Positions 10,780 through 22,954 of a stretch of 41,237 bases of DNA are shown piece after piece. Numbering within the stretch: the stretch's first letter is position 1; each line of letters begins with the position of its first letter. A program made the translations under genes and the position numbers. Location of the stretch: positions 29,957 to 71,193 of the forward strand of contig CAJFCJ010000103.1 of assembly GCA_904063045.1 (NCBI GenBank). The letters are read 5' to 3'. Source of the stretch: Dimorphilus gyrociliatus. Lineage: Eukaryota > Animalia > Annelida. A model generated the notes under the pieces. That model was given only the letters and a program-made list of their open reading frames with translations. It was not told the DNA's origin and ran no database searches.

Positions 10780-12144
10780 TTGATTTTTTTTTCTTATTTG
10801 GCATCGCTTCATAATAATTGGAACAGGGGGTTTAATGTTCATAGTTTTTACAAAGAAAATAGTCAATCTTTCCTTTCATCAATTAAACAACAATTTTTAA
10901 TGTTAATTCATTGTTTGAAAGGTTTTCAAGAATTCTGTACCCATCCTCTGTGCTTTTTACTTGTATCTTTGAATTTAGGTTTTAAGTGTAATCAACGTTA
11001 TTTGGCCTTTGATAGTGCAATGAAACAATTTCTAACAATTTTAGAAATGAAAAAAAGAGGAAATTTCCAATTACAAATGGATTGTAACAATGATATTTTA
11101 GTGGAATACTTTACCAGTTTAACATCAAAAAATATTGGATATCTTTTATCAACTGGAATTATTAAATATAATCCTCAGGCTATCTTTCATTTTTTTCATA
11201 ATTCCAGTAAACTATTCATATTATCATCCATCGAAAGATACTACTTGAAAAAGTTATTGAATCCTAAACTACCATCATGGCCATCATCATCATCCACTCC
11301 AGAAAGAGACTACCTAAAAGAGTTATTAAACTCAAGAGACTTGCCATCATCATCTCCAGGAAGAAAGCAGCTGTTCATAGCTCTGAATGAAATCAATCTG
11401 TCTGAAAACACCTCACCCATAAACATTTACAATGTGGATGATATGAAAATGTTTCTCTATCTACTCAAGAAGACGCTATACCAATTCAATGAAATATTAA
11501 TCAAGTACAAAAATAATGAAAAGATCATCCTATCCCTGAGGAAGATATGTTCAATAGAGAGTAAAAATCTAGCTTTAATCTACTTTCATACAAGTGAAAT
11601 ATTCTGCCCATTCAACATTAATACCAGTTTCTTTAAAGAATTAAAGAACTTAATTGAAAGCAGTATCATTCACTCTGCACCAAACGGTACAGTAATTATA
11701 AAACAAATGGCGTTAAATTTCCAAAATATGAATGTAAATTTTTACAATTTAAAATTATTTTTTACAAATATGACAAGTACATTTATCAATTGTACTGAAA
11801 TTATATTAAGAAATGCAAATCTGAATGAAATCATTTGCAAAAGTCTACAAACTTTTCTAAATATGCAATTCTGTTTAAGACTCTTTGACATAAGCTACAA
11901 CAGAATTGGCAATGAATCCTTTCAAAAATTTTTACGATCTCTCACACAAAGTTCATCCAAATTGGAATTGTTGTTTTTTCAATCAATTGGAATTGATAAT
12001 TACATTTTAGAAGATTTACTTAAATTTTTAAAGCAATTACAAACGATAATTAAAGTTAATATGTCAAACAATCAATTGGCAAAACATTCCAATCAAAGAA
12101 TAATTCAACTGGCTAAAAAGAAGCAGTTTGTCTTCATAAGTTGA
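10780..12144 (+). pseudogene. 5'-truncated copy of the NLR gene (aa 2009-2441: post-Walker half of NACHT2 plus LRR tail); first in-frame ATG at 10900
   Basis: Protein is identical to the C-terminus of 573..7898 from SFYKENS onward. It has no Walker A/B, and the 63 bp upstream of 10843 are unrelated sequence. Whether it is expressed is unknown. Confidence 0.75.
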
Positions 12145-12716
12145 TTCAGTTGTTTGCTTTTTTTATTAGATAACACTCTATATTCATACACCAAATTGTA
12201 TAGTGATTTCATCTGTCATAGTTTGTTATTTCCCATTTCAGCTTGGGTAGTTGGTAGATAAATTGTATGTGAAATTTTCAGTGTAAAACAGCATTCAAGA
12301 TCTTCAGTCCCTCTTGGACTAATTCAAGGACATTCACATCATGATTGTTCAATGTTCTTTGAGATTGTTTGTTTAGATATTCCAAACAATATATGGAGAA
12401 AGGAAAAGAATGGAGAGATCTTAGGATATCATTGTATTACCATTATTACCAGCAGACTGAAGTCTGATCTTTGGAACAACAGAAATTTGTTGACCTACTG
12501 TTGTATTTTGAAATTATAGGGATATGTAATTCCATGTGGAAACCTGAAAATTGGTCAGTGTTTGGTCCATCGATTAGAACAAAAAACAGTTTGGAGGTTT
12601 GTCATAATATAATGAACAGTCATATGACCTGAAAAGGCTCATTCTACATATTAGTTGATGAATTGAAAATAGAGTGAGACTTGATCATTATCTATGAAAA
12701 GGTAATGCCTGAAAAA
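10843..12716. repeat. Right arm of the inverted duplication
   Basis: Reverse complement of 1..1874 with constant coordinate sum 12717, so no net indel. Confidence 0.95.
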
Positions 12717-12850
12717 CAAATCTGTAGACATCAAAGAAAAAGGTATGTGCAAACAGAGAATAAAATATTTGATATTCGGGATAAATATAAACTGAGAAAA
12801 ATGTTGGCAGATGAATTGTTACTACAAACATCTCATATCTATGCTCCATG
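12367..12850 (+). mobile_element. Decayed MULE transposase C-terminal fragment
   Basis: WKPENWSVFGPSIRTKNSLE motif and the LADELLLQTSHIYAP terminus. Clearly similar to 39880..40255. Confidence 0.7.
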
Positions 12851-13079
12851 GTTTTTACATATATTTTATATTGTTATATTCTGTTCATTTCTTTTTTAAC
12901 CTTATATTCTTTCCAAGAAGATGGCACAGGCAAAAATGCATTAGGTTAATGTGTAGAAAGACATATTGTAGAATAAATAATAAGATTATTGTTGGTCAAA
13001 ATAAATATATTGAATATGTTCCATAACAGGTTAAGCTCAATTCTCATTATATTAGGTACGATCGCGATATTGTAGACAC

Positions 13080-13290
13080 TTTTGCTACGTGGACTATGTG
13101 GAAATAATGACCATTCTTGACCTCCTATAAAATCTTTTTCTGTTTTAAAACTTGTTTGAGGTCTGGCATTGTCAGGCTTCAACATTATCTTTTTTTCCAG
13201 TAGAATTTAGTTTAACTAAGCCTTTTCAGACATCCAATGTATATTTTGAAGTCCATTTTTTCTCCATACTCCATAAATTCACATGGATTT
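13080..13290 (-). mobile_element. Mariner transposase remnant
   Basis: DNARPQTS...QEWSLFPHSP matches the mariner HDNARPHT...WEVLPHPPYSP motif. Confidence 0.65.
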
Positions 13291-14205
13291 TGCAACAATA
13301 TTCCCCCAATACATAATAAAACAGTTTTTTAGCTGATTTAGTGACCAGATCTCAGAAAAAAGTCTTTAATACTTTTTTCCTTTTTTTGTGGCAGATACCC
13401 ACCCTCTTACTGAACCTCAGAGTTTCATCCCCAAAATAGCTTTTGACCCTGAATAAATATTCTTTGAGGGTGATTCAGGACAACTACCCCAATCTAATCA
13501 TTAAGAAAAATCACCTGAAAACAACCTGAGATTTAACAAGCAATATAAATTGGATAAGCAAGAGAAGTACGTTATCTTAAAAATGGTAATATTAAAAATA
13601 TATAAAAATGATACGGTTAGACTCTACTTCAATATTATTTAACCAATCATCATTTTTGCTATAGCTACAGTCCACAAAAAGTAAGGTATATCAATGATTT
13701 TTAAGATAAAATATCATTAATTATCAAAAAATATTTGATAGATTGCTTACCTGATCAAAGATTATTGTTTTGTAGACAAAGTGTTTCTAAATTAGAAAAC
13801 AATCTTTCTCTATATGGAAACAAGAGTCAAAAATGTATTGTTATCTCTATGATAAGATATCACAGATTTGTGGAAATTTTACAATTAGATAACAAAAGGA
13901 AGAAAAATATTGAAAATTTTCGGTTTTTACTCTCTGTTTGCGTCTGTCTATTTTCCATGTTGGAAGGGCTACTTGTAGCGTGTCGCTCTAAAACTACTTT
14001 ATAATTATAGTAATATTCATACCTTAACTAATTTATAACCTATATTCAAAAAGAAATTTATATTCATCATAGGAATTTAAGAGTTTTAATCAATAAAAAT
14101 ATATTAGATAAGTTATCTTTAATACTTTTTTTTTCAAGTCTATATATTTATAGTAATACAAGTTTCAATACTTGTTTATAACACTAAAACAGACAAAGAT
14201 TTTTC

Positions 14206-15573
14206 ATGGGTTGCGGAGCGTCAAGTGTCAAACCTTGCAGACATTTGTATTGTCTGCAATGTTGTCAACTTTTACCAGGAGATAAGTTTGATATAATTTG
14301 CAATCTTTGTTCAGAAGAATTTGAACTAACTGAAGATCAAATTTTAAATGTTAAATTTAGTATTCCGGATGAATCTCTCGAGAAAATATCATTTGTTGAT
14401 AAATTGTGTAAAGATCATAAAACTATTTTATCAACTAGTATAAAACTAAATATTCAATTTACAACTGAAAATTTTCTTGGCTTGTGTGATAGATTAAATA
14501 AAGGTCCAAGTTTATTGACAAGTGTAAAATTTAAACTCTGTCAAATTGATGAGAATTCTTGGAAAACTATTGGTAATACCTTGGAAAAATTTTCTTCAAT
14601 TGAAAATCTAGATTTCAGTAAAAATATTGGAATGGGAGATGGCTTGATAATTATTTGTAAGAGTCTTATTACATCATCAAATAATGTAAAAGATTTGAAT
14701 TTATCAATGTGTATGTTAAGTGAAAATCATTGGATAGAAATTGGGAAAATATTGGAAAATTTTCATAGATTGAAAAATGTAGATTTGAGCGGAAATAGAG
14801 GAATAGGCGACAATGGAGTATTAAATATTTGTGAAGGGTTAAAAAGTTCATCAACTTGTTTGAGATACTTAAATTTAAGTGATTGTAATTTTATATTTTT
14901 GGCTCAATGGGAATTAATTTGTGCATTAGTTGGACAATTATACTATTTAGAAATTGTTGATTTAAGCTATAATACTATACAAGAGAATGTATTGATTCCA
15001 ATATGTAAAGGACTACAATCATCTTTTAATAGTTTAATCTCTATTAATTTTTCATTTTGTAATTTTTCTTCACTTGAATCTAAAGTATTGGGAAATTTTT
15101 TAATGGATATGCCAAAATTACAAAAAGTAAATTTAAGTGCTAATAAACATATGGGAGTTGGATTAGCATTAATCTGCAATGGACTTGTTGAATCATCAAA
15201 TACATTGACAACTTTATCTTTTGTTGATTGTGAACTGAATAATGAACAATGTCTTAACATTGCATATGCTCTGAAAAAATGTCACAAAATAGCTTTCCTA
15301 AACTTGTCTTTCAATACAAACATGGGTGATGGACTAGAGAGTATTTGCGAAGGGCTACTTGTAGCGAAAGATACTCTTCAGTCAATTCTTTGTTATAAAT
15401 GCTTCTTAACCGACAGTCAAAAGAAAGTCCTCCTCTGTTTGTTAGTACTCTGTCCTTCTATGCTTTGTTTGGACATGAGAAATGAAGGCGACATAAATGA
15501 TGGATCAATAATAATAGAAACAATGTTTTTAAGGCTTGAATTCACGGAAAAGATTAAGAAACATCAGAGATAA
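14206..15573 (+). CDS. Intronless 455-aa protein: MGCGASS acylation motif, partial RING-like Cys/His cluster, RI-type LRRs
   Basis: Starts MGCGASS. PCRHLYCLQCC...CNLC gives C-x-H-x2-C-x2-C...C-x2-C. LRRs such as VKDLNLSMCML and LKNVDLSGNRGI follow. In-frame TAA at 14185..14187 upstream. Confidence 0.85.
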   Translation: MGCGASSVKPCRHLYCLQCCQLLPGDKFDIICNLCSEEFELTEDQILNVKFSIPDESLEKISFVDKLCKDHKTILSTSIKLNIQFTTENFLGLCDRLNKGPSLLTSVKFKLCQIDENSWKTIGNTLEKFSSIENLDFSKNIGMGDGLIIICKSLITSSNNVKDLNLSMCMLSENHWIEIGKILENFHRLKNVDLSGNRGIGDNGVLNICEGLKSSSTCLRYLNLSDCNFIFLAQWELICALVGQLYYLEIVDLSYNTIQENVLIPICKGLQSSFNSLISINFSFCNFSSLESKVLGNFLMDMPKLQKVNLSANKHMGVGLALICNGLVESSNTLTTLSFVDCELNNEQCLNIAYALKKCHKIAFLNLSFNTNMGDGLESICEGLLVAKDTLQSILCYKCFLTDSQKKVLLCLLVLCPSMLCLDMRNEGDINDGSIIIETMFLRLEFTEKIKKHQR

Positions 15574-16488
15574 TTCAGTTTTGCGGCTGTCAATGTATAA
15601 TTCATTTAATGAGTGATAATTGAGACATTTCAGAAGTTTAGTTTATTGAACAAAATTAATCTTTATACTTGACAGAAAGATAGATATGAATCTTGTCAGA
15701 AAAATATTACAACACTATCCTTTAAAAATAAATGTTCTAATTTGATGCTGTTTCCAAATTGATTTTATTTTAATTCAATTACTTGGTCAAAATTTGTCAA
15801 TTTCCTTTTAGTTTACTACACATAACATTCTGACCATGACAAAAATTTCTCATTTCTATACCATTAAAAAATAATGTTTCAGTAGTCTTTCAAATAGTAA
15901 ACAACAACAGGTTTTGTGTTTGTAAACCCTTAATTATCAATTATTATATCATGTTTATGCAAATGAACACTTTTTGTTGTTGACAACATGTTTAAATGTC
16001 CTGTATCCTACAATTATTTTTGATAAACATCAATTAAATCATTTTCTCTTTTTAAATTTATCAACAATACAATGAAATGAAGAATTTTTTTATAAATTTC
16101 TATTAAATTTGCTGTGAAAGCCTTTAAAGTCATTATTGTTTGATTAGCTCCTTTTAAAATTTACTAATTATTTGTTGATCAGAGACTAGTGAAATTGATC
16201 ATTATTGTTTATATTTGCTTATCACTCAGTATTGGTTTCATTTGAACCTTTAAAGAAAGTGTTTAATTTGAATGGTTTATTTGAAACTAAATACTTAAGC
16301 TTGTAACAATATAAAAGTTCAATAGCAGGGTAGACAGTATGTTATAGCCGGTTCCCAAGTTACCAAACTAGTGTCTAATATTGAAAGAGTAGAAGGCTTG
16401 CCCCAGTGGGGTTCTTTTCAGTTTAAGGTAAGACAGTTAGAGTAAAACAGTGAGGGCTTACATATTTGTAGATTTGTCTCCAATATGT

Positions 16489-16660
16489 AATCATCACCCT
16501 ACAGTTGGTGGTCTAGGAACAGTATGTTACAAAGTTCAACACTTGAGAAAACAAATTAATCACACTTTGGCCAAACCCTAAACAAGTTCATTAATCATAA
16601 CTTGGACAAACCCTAAACAAGCCTATCAATCACAACTTGGCCAACTTGGCCAAACCTTAA
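16489..16660 (+). repeat. Interspersed repeat ending in about 2.5 tandem 35-bp units; related copy at 26044..26200
   Basis: Units start at 16558, 16593 and 16628 (aatcac/tactttggccaaaccctaaacaag). The segments aatcatcac..tacagttgg and atgttaca..gttcaaca recur at 26044 onward. Confidence 0.65.
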
Positions 16661-18356
16661 GTATGACCAGGCAAGGTCTGACTTTGGCCAAATGGTGATT
16701 GTATTTCTGACGTAGGTTTTTGATTAAGTATATGGTTAAGTTGTTTATCCTAGCATAGTATAAGCATCAAATAAAACAAAAGTTATAGACCATTTTACCA
16801 TTGCTTAAAAAAGCAGAAATACTGCATGTAAGCAGTTCGTTTTCTTTGAAACTACTCTTTGAATCTAAATATAATCTAAATTCTTAAGCACAGAAAAACA
16901 CATGTTTTCTTATTTCTAAGATGTTAATTATTTTTGGGTATACTTGCGAACTTGATCATTTAACTAAGGTAATAATACTAGTTATTAAAACAAATGGCCA
17001 GAATCCTTTTTATAACTGCTTTAGGATTTTCATCTTTCATCAATTTGAAATGTCTGCCATAATATATTTGAAGAAAAATTGTTCAAGGGAATAAGATGCC
17101 TTTTGAAAATGGTAGTGCAAACGCAAGAGATAGTTTAGAGTTAGGATAAAAGCAAAAATTTGTAGACAGTTTGTTTTCTATTTCCACAGATTGTATACAA
17201 AATTAATAAAACACAATAAAGAATAGATGCTGTTTTGTGATATAAAGTAAAGCCTATATCAATTTTTTATATACCTGCCAGAATCTTTATCTCTCGAAAT
17301 ACAGTTTCAAGACAACAAAAGTCCTATGCAAATGATCATGATTTGCATCATGAGAGAAACAACAGCCTATTCATTTAATGAAAAATTTCATTTTCCAAAT
17401 GAATTTTACATTAGTTTTGTTTGAAATTGAAAACTTTTAAGAACACAGAATGCCAGATGAAAAAGTGAATGAAGAAGAAAACACTCCAGATCATTTTAAT
17501 GAAATTGAACTATAGATAGAAACGATTTCAACTAAACATGGTCAAGTATTTAAGAAAAGGAATGTATAAGGTGCAAAGTAGATGAGCAAACAAGAGTTGT
17601 AGTTTTTGCGATAGATATTCAACTTTAACCAATTGTAATCAACAATCATTTGTTTCCTGAAGGAATATTCAAACAATTGCAGACTTTTCATGAATTTAAA
17701 AAAAAAGATTTAGGATTGAAACAGGTATCATCTTTTATTTGTATTCTGTTCACTCAAGAAAAAGACTGCTTATAAAATATTTTTCAAGATAAATATAATA
17801 TATGCTCAAAATATAATTTTTAATTACTGTTGATATTTCATAGGCTGTTTAACACATTTATGCTTTTAAACAAAGTTTTTTTGTATGGACAACACTATAT
17901 ATTATTTCACACAACATGCATTAACCCGATTAAAAATATGAAAAATAACCCAAAGTTCATTATTACTTACTCCTAATCTCCTACCCTAATTAAACTTGGC
18001 AGAATTCTGAAGTAAATTTATTAATAGGTGTAGGCCATTTATTTTTAATATCTCATAACACTTAGATTATATCTAAGTGCACAAAAAATATCTTCAATAG
18101 AACTTTTTTTTCTTACAGTTTACTCTTGAAGATGATTAAATTAATTCTATCAATTGGCTTGGTTTGTGAAGAAGAATGAGAACTTTTTAGCTACTGTATC
18201 AAATCAACAGTTGTTATTAATAAATAATTAAAGAAAATTCAATAAAATTGCAATAAAGAAGAACAATCTTTTAATAGAATATCACGTGATGAAATATAAT
18301 GACAATTGATATCTATTTCAAGAAATTTTCACTGATCATGAATTCTAGATTGATAA

Positions 18357-21300
18357 ATGAGAGATAAAGAACAAAAGTGGATGTTTATCACAAGTTTTCT
18401 ATGGGTGATATTAATAAATAATCAAAATGTTGTTAAACCACAAAGAGATATAGAAGGTTTTAAAAAAATTGAAATATTTGAGGAAAATGATGAATATATT
18501 ATTGGATATGTAAAAATTGTTGAAAAGACTAAAAAAATTGAACATTTTCTACAATATTCAATTTACAAATACAATGTTTTAAATGAACCGGATCGTAGTA
18601 ATCCACTCATTAATGAAACTATTAAAATTATTCAACCAAACTCTATTCGGAATAGTCAAATGAAAATTGGTGAAAAGAGAAGAAGAGAAATGTGTAAAAG
18701 TACATTATTTTCATTAAGAGAAAAGAGCGATTTAGAAAGATATATAGATAAAAAGACTATAATATTAATCAATGAAAAAAAAAGTTGGCAATATTTGGTG
18801 AATGATCCGAATAGAAATACAATTATTAAATGCAATTATATGGAATTAGATGGTTAATAAGAACGTTTTCAATTCCATTTAACTCTCTCTCTCTCTCTCT
18901 ATCTTTATATCTCTCCATCTTAGACTATGAATTACAGAGAAAACATAAATTTAAATTTAATGTTTTTCACATTTCAAATGATGCTTGGAAAGATTATTAC
19001 ATTGTAACAAAATCACTTTTAGCCTTTCCACTGTTTTTCTCTCAGAAGACTGATTGGAAAACAGCCTGTCTATTTGTTTGTAATTTATTAAAGCAAAGCA
19101 ATGGCGTTGATTATTGTTACGGAATTCAGTCCTCATATCACGTAAGAGAAATTGTTTTAAAGGACACTGACAAACTTTTAAGCATCTCTACCCATTTATT
19201 TTTCACGTCATAAGTCAACTATAATTATTAATGGTTGCGTAATAGGGAGTAATAAATTTACTGTTCAAAAATGTTATTATGAAATATTCGAGAAGAAAGT
19301 CACTACTTTACAGATGGATGTTGATTGTATTGAAAAATTCACTGACAGTAATAAATGAGTTTGTCTTATTTTCACATTTATACTTTTACATTCTTTTTTT
19401 TTAAAAAAACAAAAAGTAACTAGAAGTATTTTCGATTTTAAAAATTTGAATTTTAAATTACAAATATATAATGAAGATAAAGTTTCCTCTTATGGAAGTT
19501 TGTTGGTTAGTGTAAGAGGGGAAAGTGTCTACAGACCACTAGAATATAGAAAAATACCAATAAATATTTCAAATACAATTTGCCTTCTGCTTGGTTATGA
19601 TAGACTTCATTCTTATGTAATTTGTACTTTGTTGTATTGTAATTGTAGGAATTTCTGGTTCGTCACAACTGTAATCGTCCTTTCCAATCATTTACCAACT
19701 TGCCAAAGTACTGGTCCAAATAGAACCTTTAAAGTTCGTCCACAAATAGTCTAACAAAGGCAATTTCGGTAGAAATTAATTAACAAAACACCAGTATTTC
19801 GTCCAAAGAATATGTATTGAGTAAAATGAGCTTCTAGTTCTAAACAAGCTAGTTTAAACAACTAGCTGACGGTTAGAAAACTGAACTATCAACTGTTAAT
19901 TTCGTAGGGTTTATATACTCTTTTAAGGGTTGATAGTTCACAAATTTCAATGTTCACAAAAACAAAAGTAACATTTGAAGACAAAGAAAAGTTCTAAATA
20001 TGGTCATGTTTTTATTGTTTTCCTCTTCTAAATAATAGTTGAATTTCGAAGGTTGGAGAGTTGCATAAGATGTAACAATTTTAGTAGGACAAGTCCAACA
20101 ATCAAGAAAACATGTAGATTGTATATTTTTTATATTCTACCTTAATAATGATATTCAATTGATTGAGTTAGTAAATTTAGCATCAGCATATAAGGAGGAA
20201 GTATATCTGATTAATGCATGTTAAAAAGAACAGTATTGTGTATACAATACTGTTGAATAGTCAATATAATCTAAACTTAGAATTTAAGCATAATTGATAT
20301 TTAATTGAACTAGTTTTAGTTCGAAATCATAAATTTATGGATTAATAAATTGTAATATTAATGCTAGGTTGCAAATAGCAAATATTCTTTATATAATTCA
20401 ATAGGTTTTATTGCTGCATAATGTGTATGCACTGCCCTATGCGAAACTAGGTCACTACTGCTTATCTTTATCAGTGCTATATGCATAGTACAATACTGGT
20501 TCAATACTACTTCTCTATTGTAGAATATAGCTGACGAATGTATGTGTACATAATTTATTCAAAAATTGAGAATATTAATAATTCAACAGCCATTTTTCAA
20601 AGTTTTGTATTCGAAATCACGTGATAAAGTCATTTTGATCAATTTTGATTTTTTTTTAAATTCTGTTGTTTTCAGAGTAATTAGAATGACGAATTCGTAT
20701 AGGAAATCACTTATAAAATGCTATAAATCACAAGCAAACTGTTTGTTTGTTTGTTTGTTTGAATATTTCTCCTTTTTCATTTCATTCTTTTTGGAAAATT
20801 TTTAGACTTTCTATCCTATCCAGAAAACCTTGACTATTCGCTTTGGTTAAAAGAGAATGATACTATTTATAGAGTCCTTTCTCCGGACAATAAATCTACT
20901 CACCTATGTAGACAGTCTCAATATATCCTACTTTTGGCAGGCTTTCTTAATCATAATAAACATGCTATATTTAATGATTATGGAAATATAACACTATCCA
21001 ATAACTATCGACTATCCCCAATCCAATGCAACATTTTGCAATTAGAAGGTTGAAACGTCATCCCATATTTTATCCTTATGAAAATGTTTTTTTTTTCCAT
21101 TTTCAAAGAACTTGATGTTAGAAAAATGAACGAAATTCAAAATTTATCATATGATTTAGAATATTCTGAAAAAAATCTAACATTCAATTATTTCATTGAA
21201 TCCAAAACTTATGGTATCCTGTTTCCATTTAGCAATCAGGAAGATCTATCAAAAGATCTATGCTCGTATATTTGCCAAAGATATTCAATGGTTATTGACG

Positions 21301-22650
21301 AATTTGGTTGTCCCGAGATAAAAGTAGAAGACAGTGTATGTAGGTCTTATTCAGCCAATAGGAAACTAGATATTTAGGTCACAGATATTTTATAATTATT
21401 TAATTGTCTGTGTGTATTCTTTTAAAAATATACACTTCTTAGCCCTTTTTGTCAGAGAATCTTCTTTTTAAAAAGTAAAAAATAACAATTTTTTTAGCTT
21501 CCACATTTTAATTCCAATCCTGGCCGAATAAAATCAAGTACATTAATTGGACATTATAGAAGTATTGCTACTCTGTATTTATCTTCTCCAAAATGCCTTC
21601 AAAAACCAAATTTTTTTTATTAATAAATATTAATAGTCGTTTGTCTTTTTTTTATAAAAAAAAAGCATTAAAATTTCTTGGTAATAAAGAAAATTTATAT
21701 TTTAATGAAAATCTCCGAAAAAAGTTCATAAAACTTTTCAAGGACTTTTACAGTTGTTTGTCAATTTAAAATGGTATTATTTCTTATATTTGAATTATAA
21801 TACTGTAAAGAAGATATGTTCATTCTTTGGCTATAAATATGGAACAATTTTAAATGTAAATACTCAATCTATCTCTGAAATTCGATTCAATTTTTATCAA
21901 ACTCTAAATTGTTCAATTAATTCAAAAGTCATTCAGGATTGTACAATTATTTATAGGTCAAATCAATTGAATTTCAATGCAGTAAATTTTTTATCTTGGC
22001 CATTTTTTTTTCCTCTTCAAAGCAGCAACAGTGATGAGTCGTCTCTTTATAAATTCAATCTAGAATGTTCAGATAGGCCTAGTCAAGATTGTATAGGCCA
22101 AAATGTTTTAACAATCTATGATACTTGCTATGTATTATGTATTCGAAACAAAATTATTGAAAAGCGTTAAGGAAAGGGAGGGAATTTGTCAACAGAAGAA
22201 TTTAACGTTAGCTGACTATCCTACTCGACAGAGGATATTTTCTCTAGAACTTCTACAAATATTTATAAAGAACATATTAAATTTAAAGGAGAAAACTGAG
22301 AAAAATATTGGAAATATCTGTAAAAAATAGAAAAATAGAAAAACTATATGAAATATCATAATTTTAAATTATAACAGATGTTCATGTGGGAAAATTAAGA
22401 AATAATCAATTAACTTTTCAAACTTCTAGTAATTTTGATTTAAAATTTTTTACATTTAGAAAACTATTGCCTCAGGTAAATTGTTTGTTAGATATTTCTT
22501 TATATATCTCTAAAACAAACAAATAAAACCATCTAATAAAGGAATTAAATGCTTATTCAAATATGATGCAATTCCATCATGAATTGAATGGTAATGCCGA
22601 ACTTGGAGATGAATTTTGTTATGATATAACAATGAATTATGGAATTGTTG
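18357..22650 (+). CDS. Probable upstream exons of the GPCR gene (N-terminal ectodomain); exon structure not resolved
   Basis: Series of same-strand open segments (18357..18857, about 18924..19213, about 21110..21350, 21754..22170, about 22545..22651), several bounded by AG/GT. No domain was recognised. Confidence 0.4.
18883..18900 (+). repeat. (CT)9 microsatellite, probably part of an intron polypyrimidine tract
   Basis: ctctctctctctctctct upstream of an AG at 18922..18923. Confidence 0.85.
19621..20553. repeat. Interspersed repeat family R, longest copy (modules A 19621..19758, C 19764..19897, B 20184..20248 and 20420..20553)
   Basis: Module A recurs at 36145, 38576 and inverted at 10116. 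Module C recurs at 37205, partially at 38655 and inverted at about 30436..30476. Module B recurs inverted at 9919. Confidence 0.85.
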
Positions 22651-22954
22651 GTAATTTATAAAAATTTAAACAAACAAGCAATTTTTGCTAATTGATCATT
22701 GAAATTCTCTAGCAAAATTTCAATTGATATTGTGCAATATGAAAGAAAGCCGAGTAGTAATTTGCCAAAAAATACTGAGTACTTTCATTCAGTTTTTTGT
22801 TTCCATTATTTAAAATATACTTTCTTAAAATTTATAATAGCCAGTAAAAGATCAGTGATGTCTAATCTCTATAAAGAATATCCAAAAAATTGTCTACTTT
22901 GCAAAAATCACGGAATATTCATTAATATAGTTCATAAGTGCAAATGGGGAAGAA

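Noticed and set aside
1-12716. Inverted arms as the TIRs of a giant transposon (Maverick/Polinton or foldback)
   Set aside because: The arms consist of NLR coding sequence and a MULE relic. No integrase, polB or capsid ORF lies between them, and the outer ends and any TSD are not visible.
1-12716. Hairpin dsRNA silencing of the NLR from the inverted repeat
   Set aside because: The two copies are divergently oriented and each would give sense RNA. A hairpin would need a transcript of more than 10 kb reading through both arms, for which there is no evidence.
13963-13980. 18-bp exact match (gaagggctacttgtagcg) to about 15349..15366 in the downstream LRR gene
   Set aside because: The flanks do not align convincingly. 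It could be a tiny duplication scar, but it is too short to interpret.
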